This document shows positions 1-13,025 of a stretch of DNA of 64,000 bases, piece after piece. Each line of letters begins with the position of its first letter. Position 1 is the stretch's first letter. Below the pieces are notes generated by a model, which saw only the letters and a program-made list of their open reading frames with translations, did not search any database and was not told the DNA's origin. Origin of the DNA: the human T2T-CHM13v2.0 reference genome, Homo sapiens; the NCBI RefSeq assembly GCF_009914755.1, contig NC_060936.1; one strand, given 5' to 3'. A program made the translations under genes and the position numbers.

Positions 1-12
1 GTGTATATACCA

Positions 13-42
13 TGTGTGTGTGTGTCTGTGTGTGTGTGTGTA

Positions 43-78
<36 letters not shown>
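13..78. repeat. (TG)n-(TA)n compound microsatellite
   Basis: Directly visible tgtg... then tata... runs. Confidence 0.95.
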
Positions 79-152
79 ATTACATGCTCAAATATTTCTT
101 TATAATAGGGTGCATGATCAACAAAGTATAAATATCCATCAATAATAGAATA

Positions 153-452
153 GGTTGGGTGCTGTGGTTCATACCTGTGATACCAGCACTTTGGGAGGCT
201 CAGGCTGGCAAATCGGTTGAGCCCAGGAGTTGGAGACCAGCCTGGGCAACATGATGAAACCCTGTCTCTACAAAAAATACAAAAAATTAGCCACGCATGG
301 TGGCATGCACCTGTAGTCCTAGCTACCCTGGGAGGCTGAGGTGGGAAGATGACTTGAGCTGGGAAGGCGGAGGTTGCAGCAAGCCAAGACTGTGCTACTG
401 CACTCCAGCCTGGGCAACAGTGAGACCTGTCTCAAATAACAATAATAATAAT
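153..452 (+). mobile_element. Alu (AluJ-like), inserted in an old L1
   Basis: Full dimer with A-rich linker; gagcccaggag and cctgggcaaca J-type positions; (AAT)n tail. Confidence 0.9.
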
Positions 453-853
453 GTATAAATAAATTATAATCTATTCATAGAATAGAATGCAAAACTATAG
501 AAATGAACAAGTACTTTCACACCCAATAACATGGATGAATCTGAAACACAATTAATATGAGGTGAAAAAGGCCAGACATGAAATAGTATATGTTCCATGA
601 TTCCAGTTACATAAAATACAAAACCAGGCCAAATGAAGTTCTAGTGTTAGAAGTTGGGATATTAGTTACCGTTGAGTAGGACAGTGGGTGGTGATGTGAA
701 AGGGGGACCCTGGAGAACATCTGTGGTGCTGGTAAGGTTTTATTTCTTCATCTTGGTGGTAAATATGTGGGCAAGTCTTCTTTGTGATAGTTCATTAAGC
801 TGCAGCCTTGTGTCATATAAACTTTTCTATTATACGTTTTGAATCAACAAAAA
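453..853 (+). mobile_element. L1M (L1ME-like) 3' end
   Basis: aacatggatgaatct...aaaaggccagaca...tgattcca...ttttatttcttcatcttggtggt motifs of the old L1 3' UTR. Confidence 0.75.
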
Positions 854-864
854 TTCGATGCTGC

Positions 865-1885
865 AGATGAAGAGAGCTGCATTCTCTTTGCTGCTCCTCC
901 CACTGAGCAGTGGAGTCTAATTCCTCTCTCCTTGGATCTGGCTTTGCCTCTGTGTATCAATTTGGGTCCTCTGAGAAGCAGCTGTTGAGACTGAGTTAGG
1001 AGTGCAAGAGGTTTATTAGGCATAGCAAAGCACTCCTGAAAGATCAAGGAAAGGGAAACAGAAATGAAAAGGAACAGCCTTACACCACAGTGCAGATTGG
1101 ACAAAGTCTTGGGCAACTTGATATGGAACTGTGGAGCAATTTTTTCATTAGAGGAGTCCTGCATTGTGCAGAAATGGCCAGGCCCTAGTACTCCAATCAG
1201 GCTAGGACATTGGCTGGAAGCTCTCTTGGCTGGAATGCTGCAGTAGCTCCTAAAGGTACGGTTGTTGGAGGTTGCAGTGGGAGCCATTGCACCCAGCAGA
1301 AAGGTAAATTCTTTCTTGCAGGGAGCTCCAAGTGGTACACTCCCATGGCTGCCATGCTTAGGGCCTTGTCTGACCTTCTGGGACTTCCAAGGCTTGATCC
1401 TAAGAAGACTACATTGTAGCCTCCGCCTAGGCCTCTTGAAATGAGGACTTTTAGAAACCTAAATCATGCAAGAAGTCTAGTTACCCTTAGGCTGCCATGC
1501 CATGAGGAAGCCAAGCTAGCCATCAGGAGGAGCATGTAAAGAGAGAGAGACCCATGAGCAGCCTGCCCTGCTCCAGACATCCTAGCCTAGACACACATGT
1601 GAAGAAGACATTTGGATTTTCCAGCTTCAATAGACATTCTGTGGAGAAGAAACAAGGAACCTAACTGACAGCCCCAGCCATGTGGCTCCAGGCAATCTTT
1701 CCCAGCCATTTCAGCTATTTCATCCCCCTCAGCTGAGTCCCCAGTCATTGCAGAGCATGGATAAACCACCTTACACTTCCATGGCCAAATTTCTGGCCTA
1801 CAAAAACAACCATGAAAAAATGTTTGTTTTACTTGACTAAGCTTGAGGGATGGTTCTTTTAATGTAGCAATAAATAAAAGAAACC
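865..1885 (+). mobile_element. MLT1 (MLT1G-like) MaLR LTR split by an LTR16-like insertion
   Basis: tggagtctaattcctctctccttggatctgg 5' part; gctgccatgccatgaggaagccaagctagcc; 3' gcaataaataa. Confidence 0.7.
954..1345 (-). mobile_element. ERVL LTR16-like LTR
   Basis: tttgggtcctctgagaagcag...gagtgcaagaggtttatt resembles the reversed LTR16 3' end. Confidence 0.55.
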
Positions 1886-2029
1886 ATTTAAAAGAAAAAG
1901 TTAGGAGACCATGCTAGTCTAAGCCACATGGGTATGTAATTGGAGGAAGGGATAGTGATTTCATTAGCAAATCAGAACCTCTAGTGCATTTGATTTAGAA
2001 AGAGTGCTCACGATTATGAATAATAATAT

Positions 2030-2215
2030 GGTGCATTAGTTCTGCTGTTTACCAGCTATGAGGCCTTAGGCATGTGGCTTCACTTCTCTGGACATTGGTA
2101 AACTCATTAGTAAATGGAAAAAAATGAATGGGCTTGAATGAAACAAAGCATCTGAAGCACTTAGCATATTGCTTGGCACGTAGGAAACATTCAGCAAACT
2201 TTAATTATTATCAGC
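2030..2215 (+). mobile_element. MIR
   Basis: cttcacttctctg...aagcacttagcatattgcttggcacgtagga. Confidence 0.7.
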
Positions 2216-3199
2216 ACCATCATGACCTCAGTTTTTCCATCTGATAGAAGGCACTAATAATGCCTGTCCACCCACCTATCAGAGTGGAAAGAACCTTTGG
2301 GGTTCAGAGGAGTTCAGAAAACACAGTCAACCAGCCACAGAGCCTGTGTTTCCAACTCTGAATGACAAATTCTTTCTATTCGTTCCCCATTTCTGAAGGT
2401 ACTGCCCCAGGTCCTATTCAAGACAAAAGGTTTGCCCTGAGTCCCAGGCTTAAGAGAGCAAAGCACAAATTGAAGAAGGTCAGGAATTTTGAGCAGGATG
2501 TTCAGAAATGTCACATTTTTCCAAGCTGAGCCAGAGTCTTGGTTGGTAGAAACCTGCCTCTCAGTCTCTCCCAACCCAAGAACCCTTCAGGACCCATTAG
2601 CACAGCCTAATCCAGACCTGGTGTGCATGACTCCAAGCTGGAGGTGTTGATCAGAACCATATTCTTACATGCCAGAGACACAGAGCTGAGCTGGAAGGCC
2701 TCCAGGCCCAAGCTTCTCTGGCCTAGATCACCCTTTCTTTAATCCTGTGCTCAGGAGGTTGCAGTGTGGTTTGTGGTACTTTAAGACACCCTGGTCTGAA
2801 GCTCTGGCTGTTGAGATCTATGTTGGGGGGGGGAAGCAAAATAACAAAGCAAAAACAAAAACACCCCAAAATAAAAAACAAGCTAGCTAAAGAAGTAGTT
2901 GTAGACAGCAAATTTCCAAACTGTTTTCTAATCTTTCCAGTTGGTCTCCTCTCTTTGGGGCACTACAAGGTTAAATACTGTACTCAGCTATTCATTTTGT
3001 CTTGCTTTTCTGGCTTTGAGAAGATAAGTGACTCAGTTTATCCTCCCATCAGGAGGAAATGAGATTCAAAATATCCAGAGCTCATCATATAGATTGCAAG
3101 CTGGCAACGTGTCACTCTCACTCCTTGCTTGTATAATTTGTAGAGTGGGGGTGGAAAAAGTAGTTCCCATTGTCAGTGGTGAGGGAATAATAATATTAT

Positions 3200-3440
3200 T
3201 ATTAATTAAATACTCATGGAGCCAGGGACAAGATACTGTTCTGGGTGCTTCATGTCTGTTGTCTCTCTTAATCCTTACAACAGTCTGGTGATCAAGAAAC
3301 TCTTGTAATTCCAATGTCAGATGAGGAAACTGAAGTTCAGAGAGGAGGAGTGGGTAACACAGCCATAGAGCAAATAATGGGTAGAGTTTGGTTTTGAATC
3401 CAAGTCTCTGGCCTCAAAGTGGCAAGTTAAACACTGCTGA
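3200..3440 (-). mobile_element. MIR
   Basis: cagatgaggaaactgaagttcagaga core. Confidence 0.8.
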
Positions 3441-3639
3441 AAGCTTTACCTTTCTAGCTACAATTTGGGCCATATATGCAGAAAAACACTTTTGTTTTGA
3501 TACAGGGTACAAGAGACTCATGGATAAAGTTGAATGCCAACAGGTTGATCTTTCTAGAACATGTCAAAGTTAGCCTACGGTGACACTGGAGCAGAATATT
3601 TAAAACTGGAACCAACCCTGAATGTAGGTTGTGTAGTAA

Positions 3640-4085
3640 CTGTGGATTCTTTGCAAATAAAGGTACATTTATCCCCCTCCCTGTATACAGGCTCCAATGC
3701 AACGTGACTTTTCATCTCCTCCCATGAAAAGGCAGAGCCTATTCTCCTGCCCTTGAATTAGAGCTGGCCTGTTGCTTGCTTTAACCAATAGAATATGGTG
3801 GAAGTGATGCTATGCCTGTTTCAAGTCAAGGTCTCAAGATGCCTTGCAACTTCATCTCTTCCTCTTAGAAACCTGCCCAACCACTGTGAGAATTAGACAG
3901 TTGGAGGCAGACTACATGGAGCACAGAAGCCAGCTAGGGCTCTCTTAGACAAGCCAGCCCCCAGCCAACCCCTGCAGCTAACAGCAAATGAATGTGAGCC
4001 CGTTTCTGCAACCAGAAAACCACCTGGCTGAGCCCAGTACAAATTGCTGACCTGCTGAATTATGAGCTCAGTATTTGGCTGTATA
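3640..4085 (+). mobile_element. MLT1H-like MaLR LTR
   Basis: cttgctttaaccaatagaatatggtggaagtgatg...gctgagcccag...ctgaattatgag. Confidence 0.8.
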
Positions 4086-4249
4086 CAGATACAGTGGCTG
4101 GACCTTTGAGCCATTATTTATGACATTTGTACAGGCCCTCTGTCCTGTATTCAGTAGTCAATGGATACCATTATTCTCGTCACCACGGTAGGGTTCAAAT
4201 GGCTGGGAGCTTTAGGACCAGATACATCTATACAAAATAATAAAGGCCG

Positions 4250-4725
4250 GCACTTAGGCAATACCTGTTGTGTGCTAGGTGCTATTCTAAGAGTGTTGCA
4301 TGTATTAACTCATTTAATCTTCCTACCATTTCTCTGTGGTATGCACTTATTACCAACCCTATTTTATCAATGAGAAACTGAGGAACAGGGAGGCTAAGAA
4401 ACTTGTCCAGAGTCACAAAGCTAATAAATGGTACAGCTGGAGGTCAAACCCAGGCAATCTGGCTCCAGAACTTGTGCTCTTAAAAGCCAAGTCACGTTAT
4501 GTTATTCTGAGTAAGCCTGCTGCTTACTACAACTGGCTCAACAGCTTACTAGTTACATGGGAACTTGGCAAATGAGTTACTCTATCTGAGGCTAAATTTC
4601 CCCATCTGTACAATGGAAACAATAATAGTATCTCCCTTAATGGAGTTATACAGAGATGAAATGAAATAATGCAAGCAAAGCACCCAGTCATATTTAACAA
4701 ATATCAGCCATAATAATAATTAGTT
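4250..4725. mobile_element. Two head-to-head MIRs (~4250-4490 minus; ~4505-4725 plus)
   Basis: atgagaaactgagg core on minus; tttccccatctgtacaatgg core on plus. Confidence 0.8.
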
Positions 4726-5536
4726 GCTATCCATTTACGCTACTGTTTGAGTATAGAAATATCTTATTACAAAAATAAATGATGAATTACATTATGCATA
4801 GGTACACTATAATTATTATTCATACTCTTGAGTCATCAAATTCCAATTTGGCAATTGTCCTCACAGTTTTGTTGATTCTGTTTTGACTCTGACTCTGTCA
4901 TTGATTTCTCTTGTGATTTCCAGTGCTGAGTTGTTTTTGAGATGCTCCAGAAATCCACTGAGTCTGTGAAGTATACCCACATTCTTCAACAGCCTAAGGA
5001 AGCAAAAAGACAGAACTTAGCAGGACCTCAGCCTGACTTCTCCATTGGCCCACAGCTTGAGTTCCTTTAGGTCTCTCTGACTTCCCTGAAGTCCTTGGGT
5101 CCAACCATTCCTCCTCTTCACCACCCCAGAAACTGTTTGCCTTTGCGAGATATTAGCCAAGACTTTGCCTCTTTGTGTTCTCAAATGTTGATGACTGAAG
5201 TGTGAATAACCTCAAAAGCTCCCATTGCAAGCCTTTAGTCATGAGGAGGCTGGTAGAAAACTTCTGGAATTCCCAGCTGAGGTCCATGATGACTAGCTAT
5301 TCAACATGAGAGTTTCTGCAAAGATGAAAGCTGGTATCACCAGCCACATGGGGAGGCGTTGTTGGGCATTCTTGATGGCCAGGCCGGACTTAGACAATGA
5401 GACACAGTGTATCCAGCCTAGGCTAGGGGAATCAGAAGAAGTTGCAGAAAGTGTGCTAAAATATGGTTTGTCAGTTCAGCCCCAAAACCTCACCATTCCT
5501 CTCCTGATTTTCATCATCCCATCAGCCTAGCAGACT

Positions 5537-5806
5537 TGGTAGACATGAAGATGCACCTTCCAGATCCCTCTTCAAAGGAAGACTTGCTGTCCAGCAGCAG
5601 GAAAGATGGACAGCAGACCCTCCAGGTCCCTTCTCAGCTGCAGAGTCACCTCACCTCACCCGAGGACATGCCTTTCTTGGGACAGCCTGCAGAAGAGATC
5701 AAACATGATAAAGAAATAAACAACCTCTCCTTTTCATAGATATGGTCCCCAATAAACACCTTGTACCCCAAACTCTGGTTCAGTGTCTGCTTTCAGAAAA
5801 CTCAAT
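5537..5806 (+). mobile_element. LTR16A-like ERVL LTR (internally deleted)
   Basis: cagatccctcttcaaaggaagacttgctg...cccaataaacaccttgtaccccaaactc. Confidence 0.7.
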
Positions 5807-6029
5807 GGATAATACAGGCACAATTTCTCCAAATCTCCAACCTATCCTAGCTTCCACCTATACTACCTCTTGCCAAATAAGGAGCCAGTATTTCTTTTTC
5901 CATTGGCATATACCCCCACCAGTTTACCTGGGAGATTAATTCCATTTTGCAGGTACAAAAAAGATTGCCTTTGTCATGTCAGTCATCACTTCCTTTGGTT
6001 AAGAATAGAAATACTAGCTAATCCCTATT

Positions 6030-6530
6030 AACCTAGTACCTTGCACACTGTATGTCATTTCATCTCCTTAGCAATCTTCAGCAAGATAAGACTATCTCCA
6101 TCTTACTGAGGAAGAAACCGAGACTCAGAGAGGTGAAGTGGCTTACCCACAATGATTCAAAGGCTAGTTCTCTACTTCCAAAGCCTACATTGAGTAGGTT
6201 GGTTACCCAAGCACATTTCTTCCAGCAGACATGCTAAAGGAGCACTTCTCATGGTAGAATCTTGGGGAAATGTGGTCAGAGAAAAGCAGTTTGGCTTAGT
6301 GGCTAACAGCTCAGCATTGGTGCTAGATGGCTTGAGTTTAAGTCCTGCCTTCATTACACATAAACTCTGTGCTATTTGGCCTGTGATGAAACCTCTCTGT
6401 GCCTCAATCTTCTCACGGTAGTAGTTCCTATCTCAAAGAGTTGTCGTAAAGATTAGGAGCTTAGAATATGCAAAGTGCTCAAAACAATGTCTGGCATATA
6501 GAAAGCTATCAATAAATGTTGGATGCAATT
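6030..6530. mobile_element. Two MIRs (~6030-6200 minus; ~6280-6530 plus)
   Basis: gaggaagaaaccgagactcagagagg; aacctctctgtgcctca...tctggcatatag. Confidence 0.75.
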
Positions 6531-6673
6531 ATGAGGGAATAATCCTTGGAGACCAATTACTCCTGCAGTTTTCAGCTTGATGAAGATGTTATGAAAGATG
6601 TGACCATGAGAGCTGCCTGCCTGTGGCAGTCAGAATTTTTGATTGTCAGTTATATATTTTTGTCTCTATAAAG

Positions 6674-6769
6674 CTAATTGTCCTTAGTAATATTAATGGG
6701 GAAGAGAAATCAGTTTTTAAGGAAGACTGCTTGCTAGAGAAATCATTCTAAACATGGCATAAACGTGAG
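6674..6769 (+). other. Candidate non-coding exon
   Basis: tttttgtctctataaag| acceptor and GAG|GTAAGT consensus donor; stops in all three frames. Confidence 0.25.
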
Positions 6770-7496
6770 GTAAGTAAACTAAAATAAGTTGGCTTTGATG
6801 GTGAGAAATGTGAGAACCGTGGATCTTGTCCAGCCCATTACTCTACAGATGGGGAAACTGAGACCTAGAGTGTACAGCTGAATTACCAGGAGTCGCCCAT
6901 GGTTATATGGCCAGAGTCTATGTTTGTAGGGTGCTGGAGACTTGCTGACACGCACAGGTAATCAATGGATAATAAAACCAGTTACCCACAGCCCAAGACC
7001 GAGTTTACAACCCTGACACTAATGGACCTCAGAGAGGCAAAGGGTGCTAGAAACCACTTTTCCCTCATCTCCCTGGGCTAATGGCTTTATAGAGGTCATA
7101 AACTACTGAGTATTTTAATAATGAGAGTGACCTCTCTTGGCCCAAATGACCCACCATGTCTTGATTGACATGTAGGCCTGGCATTTCTTACAGCAGCAAG
7201 AACCAGCCTCCTTCTGGGCCTGTGGTCTGAACCACAAGACCCCACTTCCCCTGGGAATTTTCCAAATGTCTTTGGGAGTTGTTAGCCTTTGTTCACCTAT
7301 CCTGACTCAAGGGAGGAATAATTCAGACTGGCAGTTTCTACAGTGAATGCACAGCTTAGCCCGAACTCAGTTCTCAGATAATTAACAACATCTCTACACA
7401 GAACAGCTTGGAAGGTTTGGTGAGTGTCATTAACCTCTTCTGGTTCTGAGGCTGTCATTCATTCACTCAGTTATTTATTCAGCTCATTTTAATAAA

Positions 7497-8022
7497 TGTG
7501 GTGGCCAGCCTTCTAAGAGAACCCCAATCATTCCTGCCTCCTGGAATTAGTTGTGTAAGAATCTACCACACTGAATAGGGCTGACCTATGTAACTAGTAA
7601 GATATTGTGGAAATAGCAGAGTATGACTTTTGAGGCTGGGTCATAAAACAGACTGCAGCTTCCACATTGCCCTCTCTTTTGGATCACTTCTCTGGAGGAA
7701 GCCAGCTGTCATGTCATGAAGACATTCAAGCAGCCCTGTGGAGAAATCCATGTGACAAAGAACTGAGGCCTCCTGCCAACAGCCATGTGAGTGCACCGTC
7801 TTGGAAGAGGATCCTCCAGCCATCATCAAGCCTCCAGTTGAGACCACAGGCCCAACTGATATATAGACTGCAATCTCATGAGAGACCCTGAAGTACAACC
7901 ACACAGCAAAGCCATTCCCAGATTTCAGACCCCCCAGAAACTATGTGAGATAATCAATGTTTATTGCTTTAAGCTGCTAACTTCGGGGCTAATTTGTTAT
8001 GCAGCAATTGATAACTAATACA
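7497..8022 (+). mobile_element. MLT1F-like MaLR LTR inserted in an L2 3' end (~7455-8125, minus)
   Basis: tgtgg...ctaataca termini; gaactgaggcctcctgccaacagcc; flanks rejoin to the L2 cattcattca...aagcacccactg tail. Confidence 0.9.
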
Positions 8023-8299
8023 ACAAGCACCCACTGCATACCAGACCCTGAACTAGGTAGTAGCATGCAAAAAATGAACAAAGCAAATACCACCTCTGCT
8101 TCCCAGAGCTTATAGTCCAGTAGCAAATCTTATGCAGAAAGTAGAATTAGTCTAAAAAGATCATTTAGAAATTGGGATCTGATATCAGTACAGTAAAAAT
8201 ACAATCTTCTCTACGAAGAAAAATTAAAAAACAATACCTTTTACTTTGTATTTCTGTATTGTCTAATTGTCTTTTTTAAAGTAATTTTTATCAAGGCAT

Positions 8300-9215
<916 letters not shown>

Positions 9216-9298
9216 TAGAGTTCCAAATACATTTAAGTAAGGCTCCCTATGTGCTCATTAATTAGGCTCACCTTTGCTATTCTTAGGTTGCTTGTTTT

Positions 9299-9976
9299 TC
9301 CCTAACCCTCCAGAACAGACCAGCCCCCATGTTCTGACCCACCTCTCCTTCCTCCCCTTTTTCACCAACTACTGGGGACTGGAGATATGCCTGAGTCCTT
9401 GAATCAAATAGAGAATACAGATCTCCTTCAAAGTGCCCCCAGATAACCCCTCCATCTTCTGCAGGGAAGATCTACCTCCCCAGAGGGACCTGGCAAGCAG
9501 CTCCTATCATTGGCTTTGAAGGCAGAGTGAACAGATGAGACCAATTCAGCACCCATCAAGGACTCAGGCAGAAAGCAAGCTGATGGCATTCCCTACTTGG
9601 GATGGCCCGTGAAGGATTTGTGACTTCAGTGGAGAAACTTTTAAGAGACCATAAGCCGAGTTGAGTGATCAGGAATTTTATCCGATTGAAATGAAAGTTG
9701 GGAGGAAGGAGGCTAGACTTTTAAACTTGGCCAAGGTCCACTTCATAGCAGCGAGAATGTAACAGGCAGATCGGTGTTCTTATTACTTACCTCAAGCAAC
9801 AGATGACCACCTGGACCATTTCTGTCTCTTGAGTGCAACAACAAGGCTCCTGGCCCCAGCTGAGATTGTCTCTGTTTCCATGACCAGTCTGACTCCCTAA
9901 CCCTCCAGAACAGACCAGCCCCCATGTTCTGACCTGCCTCTCCTTCCCTTCTTGACCAACTACTGGGGACTGGAGA
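9299..9976 (+). repeat. Dispersed direct repeat pair 9299-9385 / 9894-9976
   Basis: First 41 bp and last 22 bp identical between copies. Confidence 0.95.
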
Positions 9977-10109
9977 GAACATTGCAGCAGTTATTCCCAA
10001 TTCTCCACTTGCTCCCTTACACCCAGATGAATTAATTCATTCATTTGCCAATAAGAAGTTTGCACTGACAATTGAGAGGTTTGGATATTCTTTTGAATAC
10101 AAGGAAGAG

Positions 10110-10400
10110 CTCATTTATTCCTTCAAGACAATTAAGTGCCTCCTGCAGGATGAGGATGGGACAGGCCCTGGGCCAAGCACTGGGCACAGAACTGTGAACA
10201 AGACCACATGATCTTACAGCTGTGGAGTTCACCTGCTAGGCAGGAGAGAGATACTAAACAAGTAAATACAGAACATCATTTCTGATGGTGACATGTGGAA
10301 GGAAATAGACCTGTGGCTAAGTTGGGGAATAACTAAGACCGTGGTCCAAAGTCAGAGAAGGCCTCCTGGAAGAGTAACATTTGAGCAAATGCCTGAATAA
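10110..10400 (-). mobile_element. L2 3' fragment
   Basis: tcatttattc...gtgaacaagac...gtcagagaaggcctcctgga...acatttgagc. Confidence 0.75.
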
Positions 10401-11238
10401 AGCTAGACGTTCATTGACCAGCAGAGTCTTTTATAACTACCCCAGTTCCGTGGAAAACTTGGGCTGGTCTAAGTACTGTCCAGGCACAGTACACAGGGGG
10501 CTTTTGATCTTCTGAACTACCAGCCCCTTCAGTGTGTTCAGAACCCTACCCTCTATCTCTAGGGCTTATGAGTATCCTGGAATGATGAAAGGAGAGGTTG
10601 TTCCGATGGGAAGGTCACACTGGGAGCTGGCAAATCTCAGGGCCTCTGCAGGCTGAACATCCAATAGGTAGCATGCTGATTATGATGGACAAGAGACCCT
10701 GGCCAGATGCTACCAGGAAAGACAGCAAGTGTGATCCCCAGAACTTTCTGGAGCAGAAGCTGGGCAATCTAATGCTGCTCAGATCCTACCTAGTTCCTGA
10801 AAAATTCACCTTCAGGTGGAGGTTGATCCAGCCTCTTGTGTCTGTCCACCTGTTTAGGTCAGATCCTTTCCCCTGGTTCCTTTATCTATTTTCCCTCTCA
10901 AATTCTATCTATCTTTCCCCCTCCCTTCCAGCCTAGATATCCTTTTTCTGGCTCAGGGACTGATACCCACCCTTATTCATTATAAATACCAAATGTATTT
11001 TCTGTGACCTGAGATCCTCATTAAAGGGCATAGAATTTTGAATTTCAAAAGCTGGAGGGAGATTCTATTTTCCTTTGTTTTCTGATGTCTCAACTTTTCC
11101 CTGAAACAAGGAGTACAAAAGAAACAAACACATATTTGGAATGGAGGTAGAGAGTGACAAAATGGGCTGGGGGGTGGGGGGTGACTGGTACAATGCAAAG
11201 AATAACAGTAGCCAGGCTGTGGCACAAGCTATTCTGGA

Positions 11239-11550
11239 GGCCAGGATTGGTGGCACACACCTGTAGTCCCAGCTAGTCTAGAGGCTGTGGCAGGCAGATC
11301 GCTAGAGGCCAGATGTTCAGGGCTGCAGTGAGCTATGATTGCATCACTGCTCCAGCCTGGGCAACAGAGCAAGACCCTATCTAAAAAAAAATTAAAAAGT
11401 GCTTAGCAGTGAGTGTTTAACTAAAGGAAGTCCATAATATGGGAGGATCCCTTGAGCCCAGGAGTTGCAGGCTGCTGTGAGCTATGATCACAACGCAGCA
11501 CTCCAGCCTAGGTGACAAAGTGAGACCCTATCTCAAAAAAGCAAACAAAA
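11239..11550 (+). mobile_element. Two Alu right-monomer pieces (FRAM/AluJ-like; 11239-11398 and 11440-11550)
   Basis: ggctgcagtgagctatgat right-arm motif twice, each with an A tail. Confidence 0.85.
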
Positions 11551-12301
11551 CCCAGTAAATATTAAAATATCCCAAGAAAAATTGCTTAATGTTTTCAAAT
11601 TATTACCTCACTACAAATATCGAGTGAGCATCTACTGGGTACAGAGTTAGGGACTGGGAAAACCACAGGAATCTAGACGGGCCCCCATCCTCAGGAGGCT
11701 AGTGAAAAGGAAAGCGGGGACATGGGATGAGCAGGGAGAGCCTCCAACTGCCACGGAGATGAAGAGCAGCACCTCGGTCCACACAGCAGGGAGCTTTGGA
11801 GCAGAGATCACCAGGAAAAACTACCCAGGCCCATACCTCGGTCAAGTGCAGTCATCAGCCAGGAAAGAACCTGGCTTTAGCCAGAAGCCAAGGTGACTCT
11901 GGAAGGCTCTGCAGCTAGATCTGTGGGCTCCTGCAGTGCTCACAGCTGGGCAGAGGGTTCTTTCTTGAAAGGAGATCTGGAATGGGGCAGGGCTGTGACT
12001 CTTTCACACCCTAAGGAGGGCAATGAAATGGGCTGAAGAGGTGAGCAGAGGACTCAATAACCCGGCTCTTAGGGCTGTCTGAGAGAGCGTCCATGACCAG
12101 GAAAATCGACAGAGAGACCTGAAGGTGCAGGGAGAGTCAGAGGAGGGTGTAGAGTAGGGGTAAGTGTGTGAAAGTTGAAGCCAGGCCGCCCTGGGATGTG
12201 GGTTTAACCCACACTCTGCCACCCACCACCGGAGAGGTGAGAACAGGTTGTATCATCTATTTGTGCTTCAGCTTCCTCTTTAATAGAACTAGGATGATGA
12301 G

Positions 12302-12460
12302 AGTACTAATCCTACAGCTTTATTGGAAAGATTGCAGAAACAGTACTAATCCTATAGCTACATTGGAAGAATAAGAGAAATAGTACTAACCCTATAGCTT
12401 TATTGGAAGGATTGCAGAAATAGCACTAACCCTACCACTTTACTGGAAGGATTACAGAAG
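12302..12460 (+). repeat. 4 x 40-bp minisatellite inside a MIR (~12170-12520)
   Basis: agtactaatcctacagctttattggaaagattgcagaaa unit at 12302, 12342, 12382, 12422. Confidence 0.95.
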
Positions 12461-12977
12461 TTAATGTTCTAGAAAGCACTTAGAAAATGCCTGGACAAGA
12501 AACAGCATTCATAAGTGTTAAATTCCCAGGTTAAAAAAAAAAAAATGAAAAACAGTACTTCTAGGCAGAGAGCACAGCCTAAGTAATAACCCGGAGGATG
12601 GGAACAGAACAGGAAAGAAGGTAACCCACATCGGTGGTACAAATCCAGCCAAATGCCCAGGTAATCTAATTCAACTCAAGTAATATTTAATTTATTTTTC
12701 AGGCACCTATTTTAAGGAAAATACATTCTTTGGTCTTGTCTAACAGCCCACCAAGATGTACTCTGTCATTTTCTCCAAAATCCATTCAGATCTTGCCCAG
12801 ATTGACTCAAAGCTGAAAAACAATGAATGTTGGTGCCCTTTCCACAGTCCCACATCCCTTTCTGGTTAAAGCTGCTATTTAGTTCAAAACGACAGATGTT
12901 GACACAAATTCTTGCTGCCACCCACAAGAAAAATTGAGTGAACTCCTGAAAGCCCCTCCTCCTTGTCTCAGACTCAG

Positions 12978-13025
12978 ATCTTCTCTCTCCTCTCTCCTCT
13001 CTCTCCTCTCTCTCTTTCTCTCTCC
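12978..13025. repeat. (CT)n-rich simple repeat
   Basis: Directly visible. Confidence 0.9.

Noticed and set aside
9545-9560. TTCAGCACC REST/NRSE left half-site
   Set aside because: No GGACAG right half at canonical spacing.
11164-11188. G-rich possible G-quadruplex
   Set aside because: Only three clear G-tracts and no supporting context.
12016-12159. Possible plus-strand exon (ctaag| ... GGG|GTAAGT)
   Set aside because: Modest acceptor, competing internal donor, all frames closed; indistinguishable from chance.
12302-12460. Regular 40-bp periodicity suggesting a CRISPR-like array
   Set aside because: No unique spacers, eukaryotic context, and units derive from a MIR.
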